A stretch of DNA of 63,316 nt, the filler included, from Sphacelaria rigidula (Eukaryota): assembly GCA_964200075.2 (NCBI GenBank). It is 10 parts of 10 records of this genome, joined end to end, with 100 filler letters (N's around TTAATTAATTAA, not from the genome) between each part and the next. Parts side by side here need not be neighbours in the genome. Positions count along the whole stretch, not along the records: positions 38,053 to 44,293 come from CAXNAA020021284.1; positions 44,394 to 50,634 come from CAXNAA020021285.1; positions 50,735 to 56,975 come from CAXNAA020021286.1; 7 more parts are not named here. One strand, given 5' to 3'. The notes under the pieces were generated by a model, which did not search any database, was not told the origin of the DNA, and saw only the letters and a program-made list of their open reading frames with translations. Positions 38,241 to 51,090 of this stretch are shown piece after piece. The translations under genes and the position numbers were made by a program. Position 1 is the stretch's first letter. Every line of letters starts with the position of its first letter.

Positions 38241-39171
38241 GATCAGAGGGGGGGGTGGGTGGGTCTTTCACACGGAGGTACATGTATTTTGACCGCCCCT
38301 GCCATGGGCAATGAATGCTGAGCTTGTAAACGCAAAATATAGTGCGGAATTGATGAGGGTAACAAATAGAGCTCAACTACAACTAAGCAATTTGCACGGC
38401 GAACGAGTGTGAGTGATGTTTGCGATATTCCGGGGTGATAAATTGGATCGTGAGCAAAGCTTCGAAATAGTGGTCGTGCGTGGAAGTCGACTCAGAGCTG
38501 TCCTTCCGTGTTCCGATTCAGCCGTACGGGCCGACTAGCTGCAGCTCAACAATTTTGTGCACCGCAAGGAAAACGTCCTCGAGACCATCAGGTGAGAAGC
38601 AGCTGGTTTCAGATTACTCGTGGAAACTGCTCTCATCTCAGTATGGTATCAGGAGCAACGTGATTCCTTTTTCCCTGCCTGCTCGCCCCCTCTATGGTCT
38701 CAGCCGTAGCTTTCACTAGATTCTGAGCTTGTAGCTCGCTGTCAGCGTGCGCTCGACCCTGGGACAGACTTCATTTTCTTCAAATAACTCCGACACATAT
38801 GTACATTTTCAAGCTTAGAAGAATACCCCTTCAGGTCCAGCTAGGGTGTAATACCTCGATTATGCATCGTCACATCTACACCTTTTCAGGTCCAGCTTAA
38901 AATGTATATGTATGTACTTGCCCTAGCACACCTACATATGTTCAAGTCCAGAACCGTACCCTCTCAAGCCCAGGTGGGTTGTAAGGTTCACATGTTCGCC
39001 CGGCAACACTCCAATTGTACATATGCACCTCGGGTATGATGTGTACCATCTGACCTGACACATGTGCATGCTTTTAATTTCAGAATTGTACATTTTCATC
39101 TCCCGCACGGACGGAAGATATACCTTCCTACCCCTGGACAACTACATATGCCTTCAAATTCAGAACTGTAC

Positions 39172-42100
39172 CTTTTTAAGTCCAGCGGTCGAGGCGTACT
39201 CCCGGCTGCTGCTCCCATCGCTCGCGCTCGCGACCACCCCGGTAGCGTTCCCGCCTTCCACGCTTCCTCAAAATCATCGTCGGTTGTGCTCAGCACCTTT
39301 CTCACCCCCCCCCCCCACCCCCAGAAATCGAAAGTTCAGAAATGCAAAAGCAAGAGAAATCTTTCAACTTCATTGCCCCGCCGGGCGACAGACCTCTTGT
39401 CGGAACATATCATTGATCTTCAACATCGATTATTCTGACGTTGCAGCTGAGCAGCTCCTCTCTGTCTCTGATTATACAACGAAAGCAGCTTCCCTTCATC
39501 TCAGTGGACAACCTAGGGCCCATCTGAGCAGGTTCGACACCCACGGGGTTCCAGTCCTGGGTTTCTGTTCCAATATTTTGTCCGTTGACAGAGTCCCACG
39601 AGTTTCAGGAGGATGGTTCTTGTAGGCGTGGATGGACGCTAAACGGAGATACGCGGTTTGGCAGGAGTGACACAAAACTCCAACTCAAGCCAAAAAGGCA
39701 TGCCGCAACACGTTGGCATGGTTGAGCGAGCAACGTTCACGTTTTTGGTTAATGCACAATTCTGCGATGGATGCTCATGTCCCCGTACACGCGAAACCAC
39801 ACACATATATATATATATATATATTGGTGTGCTCATCGACTACTGTGTTTTTTTGTTGTTATTGCTGTTACTGCTCTTGTTGTTTGTTATTTGGTGGTGG
39901 TGTTGTTGTTATTGTTGTTATCGTTGCTTCCTTTCTTTTTTCGTTTCTGTGGCTGTTGTTTCAAGCGTTTCTGTTTCTTTCATTCTTTAATTTTTCTCAT
40001 CCTGTTTTTTTTTGCTGCTCCTGACCACGGGCTGGGTTGTTGCAATCAGCTAATGTGAGATAATTAATCAAGCATGATCTGCGACCGTTATATGCTGCCG
40101 ATCGTGGCTTTCACGCACGAGTAACAAGCTGCGTGGCACATGCGTAGCAATGATATCATTTTGTGCAGGCTGCAGGCAGTGTTTCTCCACCGAAAAAAAA
40201 AAGTTCCGAACTCCTCACAATCAGCGCGTAAGCTTTGCGTCCCAATTTTCAACAGCGGTTTGAGCGGTAGAAGGGTTGAGCCCATGAGAGAAACTGCATC
40301 AGCGAACGACCACGTGAGCAGTGGGAAAGTATGAAGGCTCTGACTGTTGACATATCGTTGTTTTGTCTCCATGACTTCCTGCGGGAAAGCGCGAGTGTGT
40401 TTGTGCTGCAAGGCTGCTTCAATTCGTGTAGGTCGCCGAATCAAATCAAGAGCACCAACTGGAAAACGGTAGAATAACACCTTGCCGCGGCAAACGTACG
40501 CATCGACAGCTGTTGGCTACTAGTGGAGTTTACAAGGTTTTTCGGTCACAGGCCATTTTGTACGCTGTGGGGGGAAATGGAACGACAAACACGGTAATAA
40601 CCCCAAGTATTGTAGACACGCAAGTGTACACAAACGCGCACATGACAACTCAGAGAAAATAGATATACCAACCTAAGAAGGGCTATGCAACATGCAGGAA
40701 TTGACTGACACAGCAATGACTTGGTCTAGTACACCCCCTACTTCGAGCTGCCGACGGTGGCAACCTACCGAAGATCCTTGGGACAGAGTATGATAGTCTA
40801 GGTATTCAGTACTTCCAGAGTATTTTCGGCCTTACTACCCTCGGGTACCTGAAGAATCCATGGCCGAAAATCCTCACTGTTATCAGAGTATCGCCTGCCA
40901 AAAACACCAGGTAATCCGCAGCACCTAGAGTATCGCCACCTCAAATTACTCGTACTCGCACCCTACCCTATCTCAAGCATCTAGTAGAGACACCTCGAAC
41001 ATTTTGGTGCTCATTACGTTCTTTCCATACACTATGAAAAAAATATTTTGCATGTCTTATCCCCGTCCTGTTTCGCCCTCTGTGACCACGATCCATCTCC
41101 TAGTATATCCTCATAAAAGGGGAGGCGGGGCGTACTCATGATCTTGCATGCCATAGTCATACGACCGTCGACCTCGCATCCCTACGAAAGTCGGGACAGA
41201 GCACGCCGGGTTTCCGCCGGACCAGGCTCGCAATCTATCACCACGCGCGAAGCGCCTTGGTCTGTTCAGCGAATCGCATGAAAGGTGAGCTGCATCCTGC
41301 TAAGATTGTTCACCCCAAAAAGTACAGATTATCTTGCATTTGGATGACAGCCTCCAACAAGTTGCTTCCTTTTCTGGTATTGTCACTTCCAGAGACAGCC
41401 ACGGCTTATACACTGCCTCATGGGTGTTTTACCAAAGAGGGGGGAGGGGGAGGGATAACGATATCACCTCACAGCAGAAGGAACCCCCACAGGTGTCCGA
41501 CAAGTTATCATCACTCTTTACAAATGAACACAATTCTCAACACCGACGACACCGACAAACGCCTCCCTGCCCCGGCCCTCGGCCGCAAAACGTTCTTCAA
41601 AGCAGTTTTTCATTCTTAGTCCCAGTTTTCCCCCCCTCCCGGATTCACCTCATCAAGATCGACGAGGGGCTGCGTGCGTTTGAGGAAGCTCGCCAGATAC
41701 TCCCGTAAGTCTTCCAGGAAGTGAGCGTACGCCTTTCCGCGGACCTGTTCAAACGTCCGAGCGCCAGATGACGTAACAGCACGGAGTGCAGTAAGTTACG
41801 TTTCGCGCGACAGTTTGAGAACCGTAGGTGAATAATCAGCAGGCACAATGAGAAGCAAGCGCGCCAACTACAGATCGTAATGCAGCCGCCACATTCCTGC
41901 AAGGTACTGCACTGTGCTGCACTGTGCTGCACTTGTCTCGTGCCTTTTTTCAATCTGACACTAATCCTAATCCCAACCAAGCCTAACCAATGCATATGGT
42001 GGGGGATGACAAAACACAGGGAATACGTGTGAGTGGAGTAGAGAGCAAGACGGAACATGATATTTGTTTCGTCATACTGTTTCCAAACCTTCACACCTTC

Positions 42101-44041
42101 CCTCCCTCGGGACGAACCCGCAGTCCCACGGGATCAACCCGTCTCTCCCTCGATACGAGTACATACTTGACGCTTTGGTATCGCGCATCGGGAACAGCAT
42201 GCCCGCATCGCGTCGACTTCCGTCCATTTGTTCTTGCCATTCACATTCTCAGAAATCAACGACGGATTTTTTTGTTTTTTCAGGACAACGTCCTCAACTC
42301 CGCCAAAGTCGGTTCTAAGATGCAATCGTTACACCACCAGGGCGCGGCGGTATAATACAGTTGATGATGCACTTGTTATTGATCCGCACATTAGCCCTTC
42401 TCCAGTATCCAGCACTCGTGATCACAAAGTAACAATATAGTAACCTGGTCAGCGGGTTATGAACACGGGCCCGCTGACTTACCGCGAATAATTCACCAGC
42501 GGTAATGTGTGCTCATGATTAACCTCACCCCACCATCTTTCCCTTGGAGAACCCCATGTATGGAAAGTGTGAATACCTGCATGTCATACATCATGCTGTG
42601 GGCGTAACACTTTCATGTGTTGGCCAATGTTGATTCTCTAGACCCAAGGACTGCGCATAGATTGCCAGAGAATTGCTGCTGCGGAGAATGACTTCGCTGT
42701 CTCAGTCATGGAATGAGCGCTTCCCACCAACGGGGGATAAGGATGGAGCGTAAAACACGCATTCCAACCATCGATATTCATCCACCGATTATTTTGCTTT
42801 GTTTCATCCATTGCCGGGATGTCCCCCCGAAAAGACGTCCTACAGGAACTCCTAAAATCCGAGCGTACATGTCCGATCTTACCGCACGAAAAACAGCAAA
42901 TTTCAGTCCATGGCAGATCAACGCACTCGAAATTATCACGACGCTGAACAGCGAAGGGTGGTAGGGGACAGCTGCCGAATCGATCGCTGTGGTATCGTAG
43001 CTCTTGCCTTCGATTTTTATGGTTCAGGGAGAGTCCATCTCCCAAAAAAAAGTGGAGGGGGGGGGGTGGGCTAAAGGGTTTCTAGGTACACGCGTAACTC
43101 GTACGAGGGTTTGAAGCCCCGCTTCATGGAAGACCAGACCCCAAAAAGCACGTCCACTCCCGCGGCATGCATAGGCAAAAATGGAAAATGATGGATTCAA
43201 TTTTGGCCCGAGTACTATGGGGTCTGGGTTGGATGACTTACACGTCGTACAACAATGGCAACAACAACAAAGATATGGACTGGATGATGACTTCTACATC
43301 ACGTGTGTGCTTGATGACTCGATTGCCTTCTCGCCTTTTCCTGCTCCGGGATATCCTCGAACTTCCGAAGGGCCTGTAAGAACTGCGAGTAGTCCAATCG
43401 CTTGTCTTTGCACACGGGAAGATTCACCCACCGCACGAACATGTCGTGCAGATCAAAATACTGCAGGACACACAACAACAGGGTTCGAGGGGTCGGTAGG
43501 ACATCAAGGAGATGGGCAATGGCAGCACACTAAGATAATCACTTGCAAAATTTTCAGTGTCATCCTCTGACGCTTTTGTCCCACTAGTCTCCATTGCATT
43601 CTAGCGTATTGTGCCCACTGTTGAGCATACCGTGCAGACCATGCATAAAAAAATCAGGGAGATGAAAGGATGCACAGGTGGGGGGCAGGGGGGAGGAACG
43701 TGAGATGAACGGGAAGACGACGAAAACTGCATTGTGATCTACTGAACCCCACCATCAATATCTTCCATTGAGCATTCCACCAGAGATACTCCACACAGAA
43801 ATTCCGCCGTCTTGATTTACTGACGTTTTACATCAATGGTCATTGTTCACTGAATGATTTGTGAACCATCGTTCTTCGCTGACATTCCCGCACAAATTTG
43901 ATGTGATGATGAACTAACCTTTCATCAATCGATATTACCATGATCCAATATCATTCACGAACACACCTTTCCAAATAGCTCCTCTCCGGAGAACTGCACC
44001 TTTATCTCCGTTTCCGCCTCGAGGTTCGGGCCATGCGTCAC
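39172..44041 (-). CDS. SF3A3: Splicing factor 3A subunit 3 (SF3a60/Prp9), internal exons 44041-43967, 43460-43335, 41744-41649, 39296-39172
   Basis: Spliced translation: VQFSGEELFGK-YFDLHDMFVRWVNL...LDYSQFLQALRKFEDIPEQEK-VRGKAYAHFLEDLREYLASFLKRTQPLVDLDE-VLSTTDDDFEEAWKAGTLPGW...LDL. This matches the SF3A3 motifs F(S/T)xEExxGxYLDLH, LDY..F..IP and FE..W..G..PGW in order, with phase-0 junctions. Confidence 0.92.
41119..41426 (-). mobile_element. 5'-truncated SINE-like copy (~300 bp) in an SF3A3 intron, G-rich on both sides
   Basis: This copy links the internal module (ATTATCTTGCATTTGGATGACAGCC...) to the 3' tip (GTACTCATGATC...) in one continuous sequence. Confidence 0.88.
42333..42440 (+). repeat. 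Short dispersed repeat; second copy at ~57920-58015
   Basis: ACCACCAGGGCGCG..GCGG...CGCACATTAGCCCTT.TCCAG..AGCAC.CGTG.TC.CAAA is shared by both copies. Confidence 0.7.
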
Positions 44042-44218
44042 CTGCACAAAAAAAACATTCATCCATGGGAATATAGAGCACGTAAATAATAAACAAAGAA
44101 CTGTCTGAAAGCGTTTCGATCGGGAAATATCACGTGTTCTTGACAGTTGAATAGACTGGTCCATAGAGCAAAAGCAATAGCAAATTTTGCACTCCAAGCA
44201 GAACCAGAGATGAGCTCT

Positions 44219-44260
<42 letters not shown>

Positions 44261-44755
44261 TACACCCCCCCCGCCCCCCCCCCCGCCCCCACCNNNNNNN
44301 NNNNNNNNNNNNNNNNNNNNNNNNNNNNNNNNNNNNNTTAATTAATTAANNNNNNNNNNNNNNNNNNNNNNNNNNNNNNNNNNNNNNNNNNNNCGTCGAG
44401 CACCCACGTTGTAGAAAGAGGGTTGTTTCTAGCTCAAAAAACGCCAACGAATGCAATGAAAGCATCGAAAATCAGATCGGGCACGGGGAAGGGCTCGTAA
44501 AAACATAACCGACTTTACCTATGTGTTGGAGGAAGTATGTGTGTGCATTTCGTGTGCTGGTCGAAGCAACGTGAGGTGCGCGAGTTGAGGGAGACAAAGA
44601 CGGAAATGGTAATCTGGGCCACGAAGGGTTTCTTGTTCATCGAATGTTTAGATGGCTCCAACAAAGTTCTCCGGAGGGACGAAGTGGCGCCTTTGACTGC
44701 ATATTCTACCCAAGTGCTTGTCCACATCATTATTTGATTCTGATGGTGTAGGTTC

Positions 44756-44950
44756 GCCCCGGGTGACTCAGTTGGTAACCTCGAAACCTTCTGACGGTTG
44801 GGTCTGGATTCGAACCTCGGTGAAGGCACACGACCTCGTATTTTCTCTCATACCATGCCCAACGGTGGAGAGTGACTATTCCGTGGGTACACAAAATCGA
44901 CTTTACCGTCGACGAGGGGAAGGGATTGCTGAATCCCTCTCGAGATAAAA
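44756..44950 (+). mobile_element. tRNA-derived SINE (head 44756-44828)
   Basis: A-box-like TGACTCAGTTGG and B-box-like GATTCGAACC at tRNA spacing, but no intact cloverleaf. The 3' boundary is approximate. Confidence 0.6.
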
Positions 44951-46110
44951 CATACTGAGGCAAGCAACGCAGAAGAAAGGCAAAGTACTATACCAAATTA
45001 AAAGAGGAAAGCTATCATGTTGGCCTTCTTCCTGCGTGACCTCGGCTGGTGCGCCCACATATTAACAACGTTTTCGTGAGATTGAGAGTAGCGCGTTGAT
45101 TGAGAGCGATTTTGATCACTCGCTTTAAGTCAGTCAGCTTTTCATTCCGTGTGTGCTTTTCTTCGCCTCCATCACTTGCCTGAGCTCACAGCTACACGGC
45201 GATATCCTACTCAGGGATATTAAGGGCCTCAGTGACAAGCTACTACAGAAAGCATATTGCATGTCGGAACTAAAACAATTCATTCACTGATTGACCGCTT
45301 TTCACTCTCAATCATATTCTCTTCTCTCAATTTCACGAATATACCGGAATGTGTAGAGATCAGGTGACAACACACCGCACAACACAGGGTAGCTTTTTAC
45401 TTGAAACAGGGTATGTGCAGGTAACATGAGTCCTTGCTTGTTTGGCCCGGCGTCACCTCAACATTACGTAGGGTGGTAATCTATCTCCAACAGCGCCCAT
45501 ACCATGATCGATGCAGCATAGATCCCGAAAGCCGGTTCGCCTCGCACTGGTGCGGGAAGGCATGTCAACTGATCTTTGTCTCCAGGAAGTGAGTGGGGTA
45601 TGTTGTCGACGTGAAACACTACTCCGAGTTCATACTACCCGGTACACCCCACGAGGATGTGATCTGAATCTCGCCGTTGAGCTTGTAGCGCGAATCACGC
45701 GCCAAACGTTCACTCTAATTACTACCTACATCTGTACCGGATCGAACAGAGCCACTATATTCCAACGGCTTCACGAAACAATCGGGCGTTTTCACGTGCA
45801 CCAAAATATATCCACTTGGGTCTCAGGATATAGGCGCTTGCGTTGAAAATTCGTATCCTGCACATGCCACAGAGTACGCGCACCTATGTACTTGCGTCGA
45901 ATATTGTGCCCCGCACACGCCACAGAGTAAGGACAACTCTCTCTTCATGGAGTGAAGTGCGCTGGAAAATAGACGTTGGTTACCTACCTGATGAGTGACT
46001 GCTTGGCTTCAAGCGTTGCATCTCTATCTCACGGACACAAGATAATGGATCATGACATCTAGCGAAATCATGTTCCTACTCTTGTACAATAAATATGAGC
46101 CTGCACGCAC

Positions 46111-49100
46111 CTGATCCAGCTCAAGTGTCGAGCCAAAGCGATCTCCGCTTCTGCGATCCGACGCCTGCAGCACAACTTGCTCTTCCCAATCGCCCATCGA
46201 TTGCCGATGACTAACATTGACGTAGGCTCCACCACCCCACGGGTAACCTGACGTAAACTCAACGCAATCTTCGCAGCCGTTACCGAACCAGGAAGGCTCG
46301 AGCAGCGGAGGGTCTTCCACAAACTCCGACGTGAAGCTGACCTGAAAACGAACACATAACCACAACGAGATACGACGTGATCAGATGGCAGGATCACAGG
46401 CGATGCAACCGTCGTCGTCATTAGATCCGCTTCATTCTGGTCGCCGTGGAATCCTGCAAGGGTCGAACGAATTCACGATTCGTCCGGCAATTACTTGATT
46501 CGTACCGGACGAATCAATCCTTAGGCTTTGTTTTCAGCGTAGCAACCTAGGGACGCGCAGCCCAGGCACGTCAAAATGGCGCAGAAGTTGCGTGGAGGCC
46601 TTCTTGACCAGTGATCAACTGTTTTCTCTCTTTCGAGCAACCAGCCCTAAAAACTCGTAGATTTGGTGGATTTGAACCGGCGATGGTTCGTCCAAACCAT
46701 GAAACTCTATGAAACTCTCACGTCTCGTACTACCCCTCATTGTGCATCGGAGGTTGAGACATGTAGCCGTAATTGGATACTGTTTATCAACGTAGCCTTT
46801 TCAGCGCGTTTTGTGTCTCCTAAGACCAACGGGCATACGAAACAACAACTTCCTGCTGGTGCATCCACATCTAATAGAGTGATGCATTGGCGGGCTCTCG
46901 AAGCCGGAACGCGGGCCTCCCAGCTCAAGCTTTCCACATGCCATCAGTTTACCGTCTAATCCGCCGTTGACACGCTGATTTTTTGCCGTCAATTATTAAC
47001 GCGAATCTTTAACCCCCAATCTCGCACGCCAGGTTGCACGCAGCCACAGGCAACGGGTACCAGGAAAATTCTGAAATGTGCAAAACTACAATCCAAGGCG
47101 CTACTAATAGCAGTGGCTTGAATGCAACAAAAAGTCATGGGCAGGTGCCCAATAACGCTGAGAGCGAAGATCGTTCAGGTTTCGATCCGTCATGTCGAAA
47201 GTCCTGATAATGTTGGTTTTGTTTCGAAACAATGACTCTGCCTTCATCGGGAACAAGCATGTAGGCGAACTGCGTAGCCTCGCATCCCGTACCGTCCAGT
47301 GATAGTAGTCGAATCCGCCAGGATTGGTCCACTCGTCTTTCGTAACCTCCACTTCCTCCACGTTGGATAACGCTTCCACAGCTGCCTTAAAGTCCGCTGC
47401 TTGAGCATTCCATTGGATCTGGCGGTGCATGAGAAACGGGCACGGTGGTCAACTGCTCCTAGCGTATGTGGCTAAAAGGCACTGTATCCACGACCGGCGT
47501 GCACGGGAACGTCTGCTTGCAACCACGATGGCTTGTTCTTCAGAGTGCTACGCGCTTGCTCCCGGATCGTATCTTTGATCTCGTCTGGAACGAACATTGG
47601 ATAATTCTTCTATCGCTCCCCCTCTAAGGATTCCACTGCTTAAGGGTTCCATTTACACCAGGAGATGGAAAAAGAAGGCACGTGTAAAAATGATCAAAAT
47701 GCAAGATACCTTCGGTGAGTCATGAATCCTGTCACGCGGAATGCCGTAGGAAAAAAAACAGATCAGGTTCCTTAGGAACCGAGTTCTTTACATGTTGCGG
47801 CGGACATTTTCAAATCTTTGACGTTTTGTTAGTGAGAAACTCTTCAACTGATTCGATGGCACAAGGAATCAACTCACCTGCTACCAATTGAAGAGACAGT
47901 CTTGCCTCCCGCGTTCGTCGGTAACAGCATAATTATTCCTGCCTCAAAGACCAGAGTCCCTACACACTAAGTTAGTCACTCTATGCTCCTCTACTCAAGG
48001 GATTAACGTGAAGTGCTAGTTCCATCAGTCGATACCTGCACGGTGCCACTTTGCTTAATGCTTGTTTTGGGGGACGGTATGGTAACCATTCATTGGCGTG
48101 TAGGCTACCGCAATCAAATCTTCAGCTTCTTCTGATCCTCGTTGTGAACAAAAGCTTCCACTGCTTGGGAGAGTAAAACAACGGCTATTCTTGGAGAGCC
48201 AAGAAGCACGCTGTGCTCATCATTCCTTGGCATCAATCGCAGTATGCTGGGTTCTGCAACCGCCCACCTCTCCTTCTCTCCTTATCCGGCTGCCCGTTCG
48301 TCTATATCTGTTTTTTTATCTTTGTCTCCACCTCTGGTGCTGCCTGCCTGCCCATCTCCCTGTCTGTCCACTCATCTCTCTGTCTGCCCGTCAACTGTCT
48401 ACTTTTCTCTCGTTTCAACCCTCTTTCCCTTTTGCGGCGCCTCTCCCTCTCCTCTAGTCGGTCTTACTTGACACTTAATCACCTGAGTGCTATTCGAGGT
48501 CCCATTCCGGTGCTGAAGCGACAGCATGAAGCTGCCGCCCGACAGACCGAATTCCGTGCCAAGGATCACCGTCTGGACACCAGAAATAGAGGAGAAATGT
48601 CGAGGCCGAGCAATGAGCAAAACCTCGAGGCGAAACATTTGGGGATACGAGCACAGCATGACCAATCAAGTCTCTCTGGGCTGTGCCTCTAGTGCTGCGT
48701 AAATTGTAATAGGTTGGTGTAGAGGGCGGGCAAGGTTATCAGTGCGGACGCAGATTATCTGCTTCTCTCAGAACCGGCAAGTAAAAACGAGGGCCTCTGA
48801 CTTTAATCAGTGTACTCGAACGTGCTGAACTGCGTCAAGGGAATGTTTAACAACTATCGATTCTACACGGGGAGCACTGCTGTCTGCTCGGTGTCCACAG
48901 CTCAGTTTTCAGTGACCGTGCTCGCGAGGAAAACCAGGTAACTTTGGCGCTGGTAATCGAAAAAGATCACCGTTCTCCCCGGCTTGAGTATATCCACGAT
49001 GCTATCAAGTGCCGAGGTCCTCTTACGGGTGTTTGCGCGTTTGGGGTGTCGCCAGACAGAAGGAGGAGGATGCGGGGGCTGCTTTGCGATGGGCTAGCCG

Positions 49101-50064
49101 CCATATCAGTGATTGCACGCCGGAAGGAAGGCAGGATAACTTTGTAGAACACGTGAAAAGCTTGTAATGCACGTGAAACGCGAAGTACATGACCAAAATG
49201 CGCGTCAAGTTCATGTGTAAGTGCATCATAAAGGTGTAAGCCATTAAAATGATAAGTTTCATAAGCTAGGGTGCGTTGTAGCAAAATGGAGGGTTATCAA
49301 AGCTTACAATAGGGATCGATGGGAGTCGTCATACTTTATGCTATTCGCGTTATTTTCTTCCTTCTGGTAGAGACGTGAACGACTGGACACGGTACCATGA
49401 ATACGGGTACAGTACTCCCTGCATACTATACTAAGTTTCTTCACTCACGCGTTTAGAGTCACCCCGAACAACGCGGATGAATTGTGTGTTTCGCACCTGT
49501 ACAGGTGGCTTGGAGTAATAAACGTAAACCTTGCCCCTGGCCCGCGCTTCGGCTTTATCCGGTCTGGTGTCGTAGGTCTCGGGCTCATCACTGCCTAGCT
49601 TATCATAGTCCGCAAGAGGGGACCCGATTGCCAATGTTCTCGAGATAACATCTAGCGACACTGCCGCCCCGTAGTCCTGCCGACATCATCAGAAGTGGTG
49701 GCGGTTGGGGGAATGGGGGATGGGGAAGGTGCAGAGGCCGGCGGGTGGTTTTGAAACGATAACATGACTGTACCTCACGAGAACTTTCATTCTGTGCTTT
49801 TCTTGAAACACGTACGAACACGCACCTGACGGTGAACGACCTCCTCCAGGTGTATCACATCGTAATCAAAGTCCGAAGACCAAAACTTCTGCACATAGGC
49901 ATCTCCCCAGGCCGTCCAGTTGCCCCCACCCTCCTCCCCCGTGGTTGTCCTCTGGAAGAGATACACCGCTTCCGCTCCGGGAGCACCCACAGCTGCTAAG
50001 TCCCCCGAGAGGGAGATTCGATCGCTCCCGCCGAACCCATGACTGGGAAGGTTCACGCCAGACG
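46111..50064 (-). CDS. FG-GAP (integrin-alpha beta-propeller-like) repeat extracellular protein; exons 50064(or 50042)-49826, 49676-49497, 48572-48483, 47418-47293, 46341-46111
   Basis: Motifs GFGGSDRISLSGDLAAVGAPGAEAVYLF, DYGAAVSLD..TLAIGSP..GKVYVY and LQASDRRSGDRFGSTLELD. All downstream junctions are GT-AG phase 0, with exon lengths of 180, 90, 126 and 231 bp. Confidence 0.85.
46457..46701 (+). mobile_element. MITE family F copy in an intron
   Basis: CAAGGGTCGAACGAAT...TTCGTCCAAACCATG; colinear with 7077-7334. Confidence 0.72.
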
Positions 50065-50561
50065 CTGTCAGAGTCTTTGAATGCGTGCATCATCGTCGAG
50101 GGTGGTGTTCGGAGGTAAGGAGGGCGAGGGGTCGGCAATGGTTTCCTCCGAGACTGATCCTTCATCTCCGGTTTGACGACCTGTGCTTCTGACTAGATTC
50201 AAGGTATCGGGCACAGCTGATACACGATAGTTGATCGAACATTGTATATGTAAGTTCTACTGTGAGTCTCTCTCTCTCTCTCTTTCTTTCATGAAGTTTC
50301 CAGAGCGCTGGGTGAGTTCGTTAGACCGTGTGCGCTTGATTGGTTGGGCGATCGATTGTCGCACATTAACTGATCTTCTACGAATCCACCTGTGGTCACA
50401 AGGTAGATGCATTCAAAAAGACTGAGCGGAACCACTCGCCGAGGGAAACTCGGGAGAGGGTAAAATATAAAACCGAAGAATGAGCAAACAGAAACCATAA
50501 AATGACATATACCCCAGGGCAAGAACTATTACCGTTTTCCAGGACCCCCCCCGACGCTCAC

Positions 50562-50634
50562 AATGGTGAGGCACCCATGAGGCAGTGTATAAGCTGTGGC
50601 TGTCTCTGGAAGTGGCGATACCAGAGAATACAGC
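50562..50634 (+). mobile_element. 5'-truncated SINE-like fragment after a C8 run; another at 56873-56975
   Basis: AATGGTGAGGCACCCATGAGGCAGTGTATAAGCTGTGGCTGTCTCTGGAAGTGGCGATACC. Confidence 0.85.
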
Positions 50635-50883
50635 NNNNNNNNNNNNNNNNNNNNNNNNNNNNNNNNNNNNNNNNNNNNTTAATTAATTAANNNNNNNNNN
50701 NNNNNNNNNNNNNNNNNNNNNNNNNNNNNNNNNNTTTGCTCTTTTTTTTTTTTTTTTGTTTTGTTCGTCTTTTTTCTCTTTTTTTTTTTTTCCTGCTCCT
50801 GTTTTTTTTTTTTTCAGTTCCCTTTTTTTTTCCCCCTTAGAGCGTGTTTCAGTTTCGTTTTCCTTGGGTACGTCTATCATGAG

Positions 50884-50944
50884 ACCACGGCTGGATCATG
50901 ACTACCTGGGGAGTCAGTTAAAGTGCGACAGTCAATCAGTCAAG
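50884..50944 (+). mobile_element. 3' tip of a second non-LTR family with an (AATC)n-like tail; relatives at ~16785-16845, 40020-40070, 50335-50400(-), 51013-51058, 51368-51420, 51805-51865, 53187-53240(-), 63125-63175(-)
   Basis: Recurring ACCACGGCTGGAT...CAGTTAATGTGCGACAATCAATCAA, often preceded by a T-rich segment. The non-LTR identity is inferred from shared 3' ends and the microsatellite tail. Confidence 0.65.
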
Positions 50945-51090
50945 TGAAAGAAATATTTAACTGAACTTGACCGTGTGGGTTATTCAAGAGCATGTTCGTT
51001 CCTGCTTCACGCGCAATGTGCGACTATCAATAAAAATCAAATCAACCAATCAATCAATGTACACGTGTACATAGAGGGTTATATCTGTAC

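Noticed and set aside
44756..44828. Possible functional tRNA gene (also 57825-57898)
   Set aside because: Pol III boxes are present but the anticodon and acceptor arms do not form a proper cloverleaf; treated as SINE heads.
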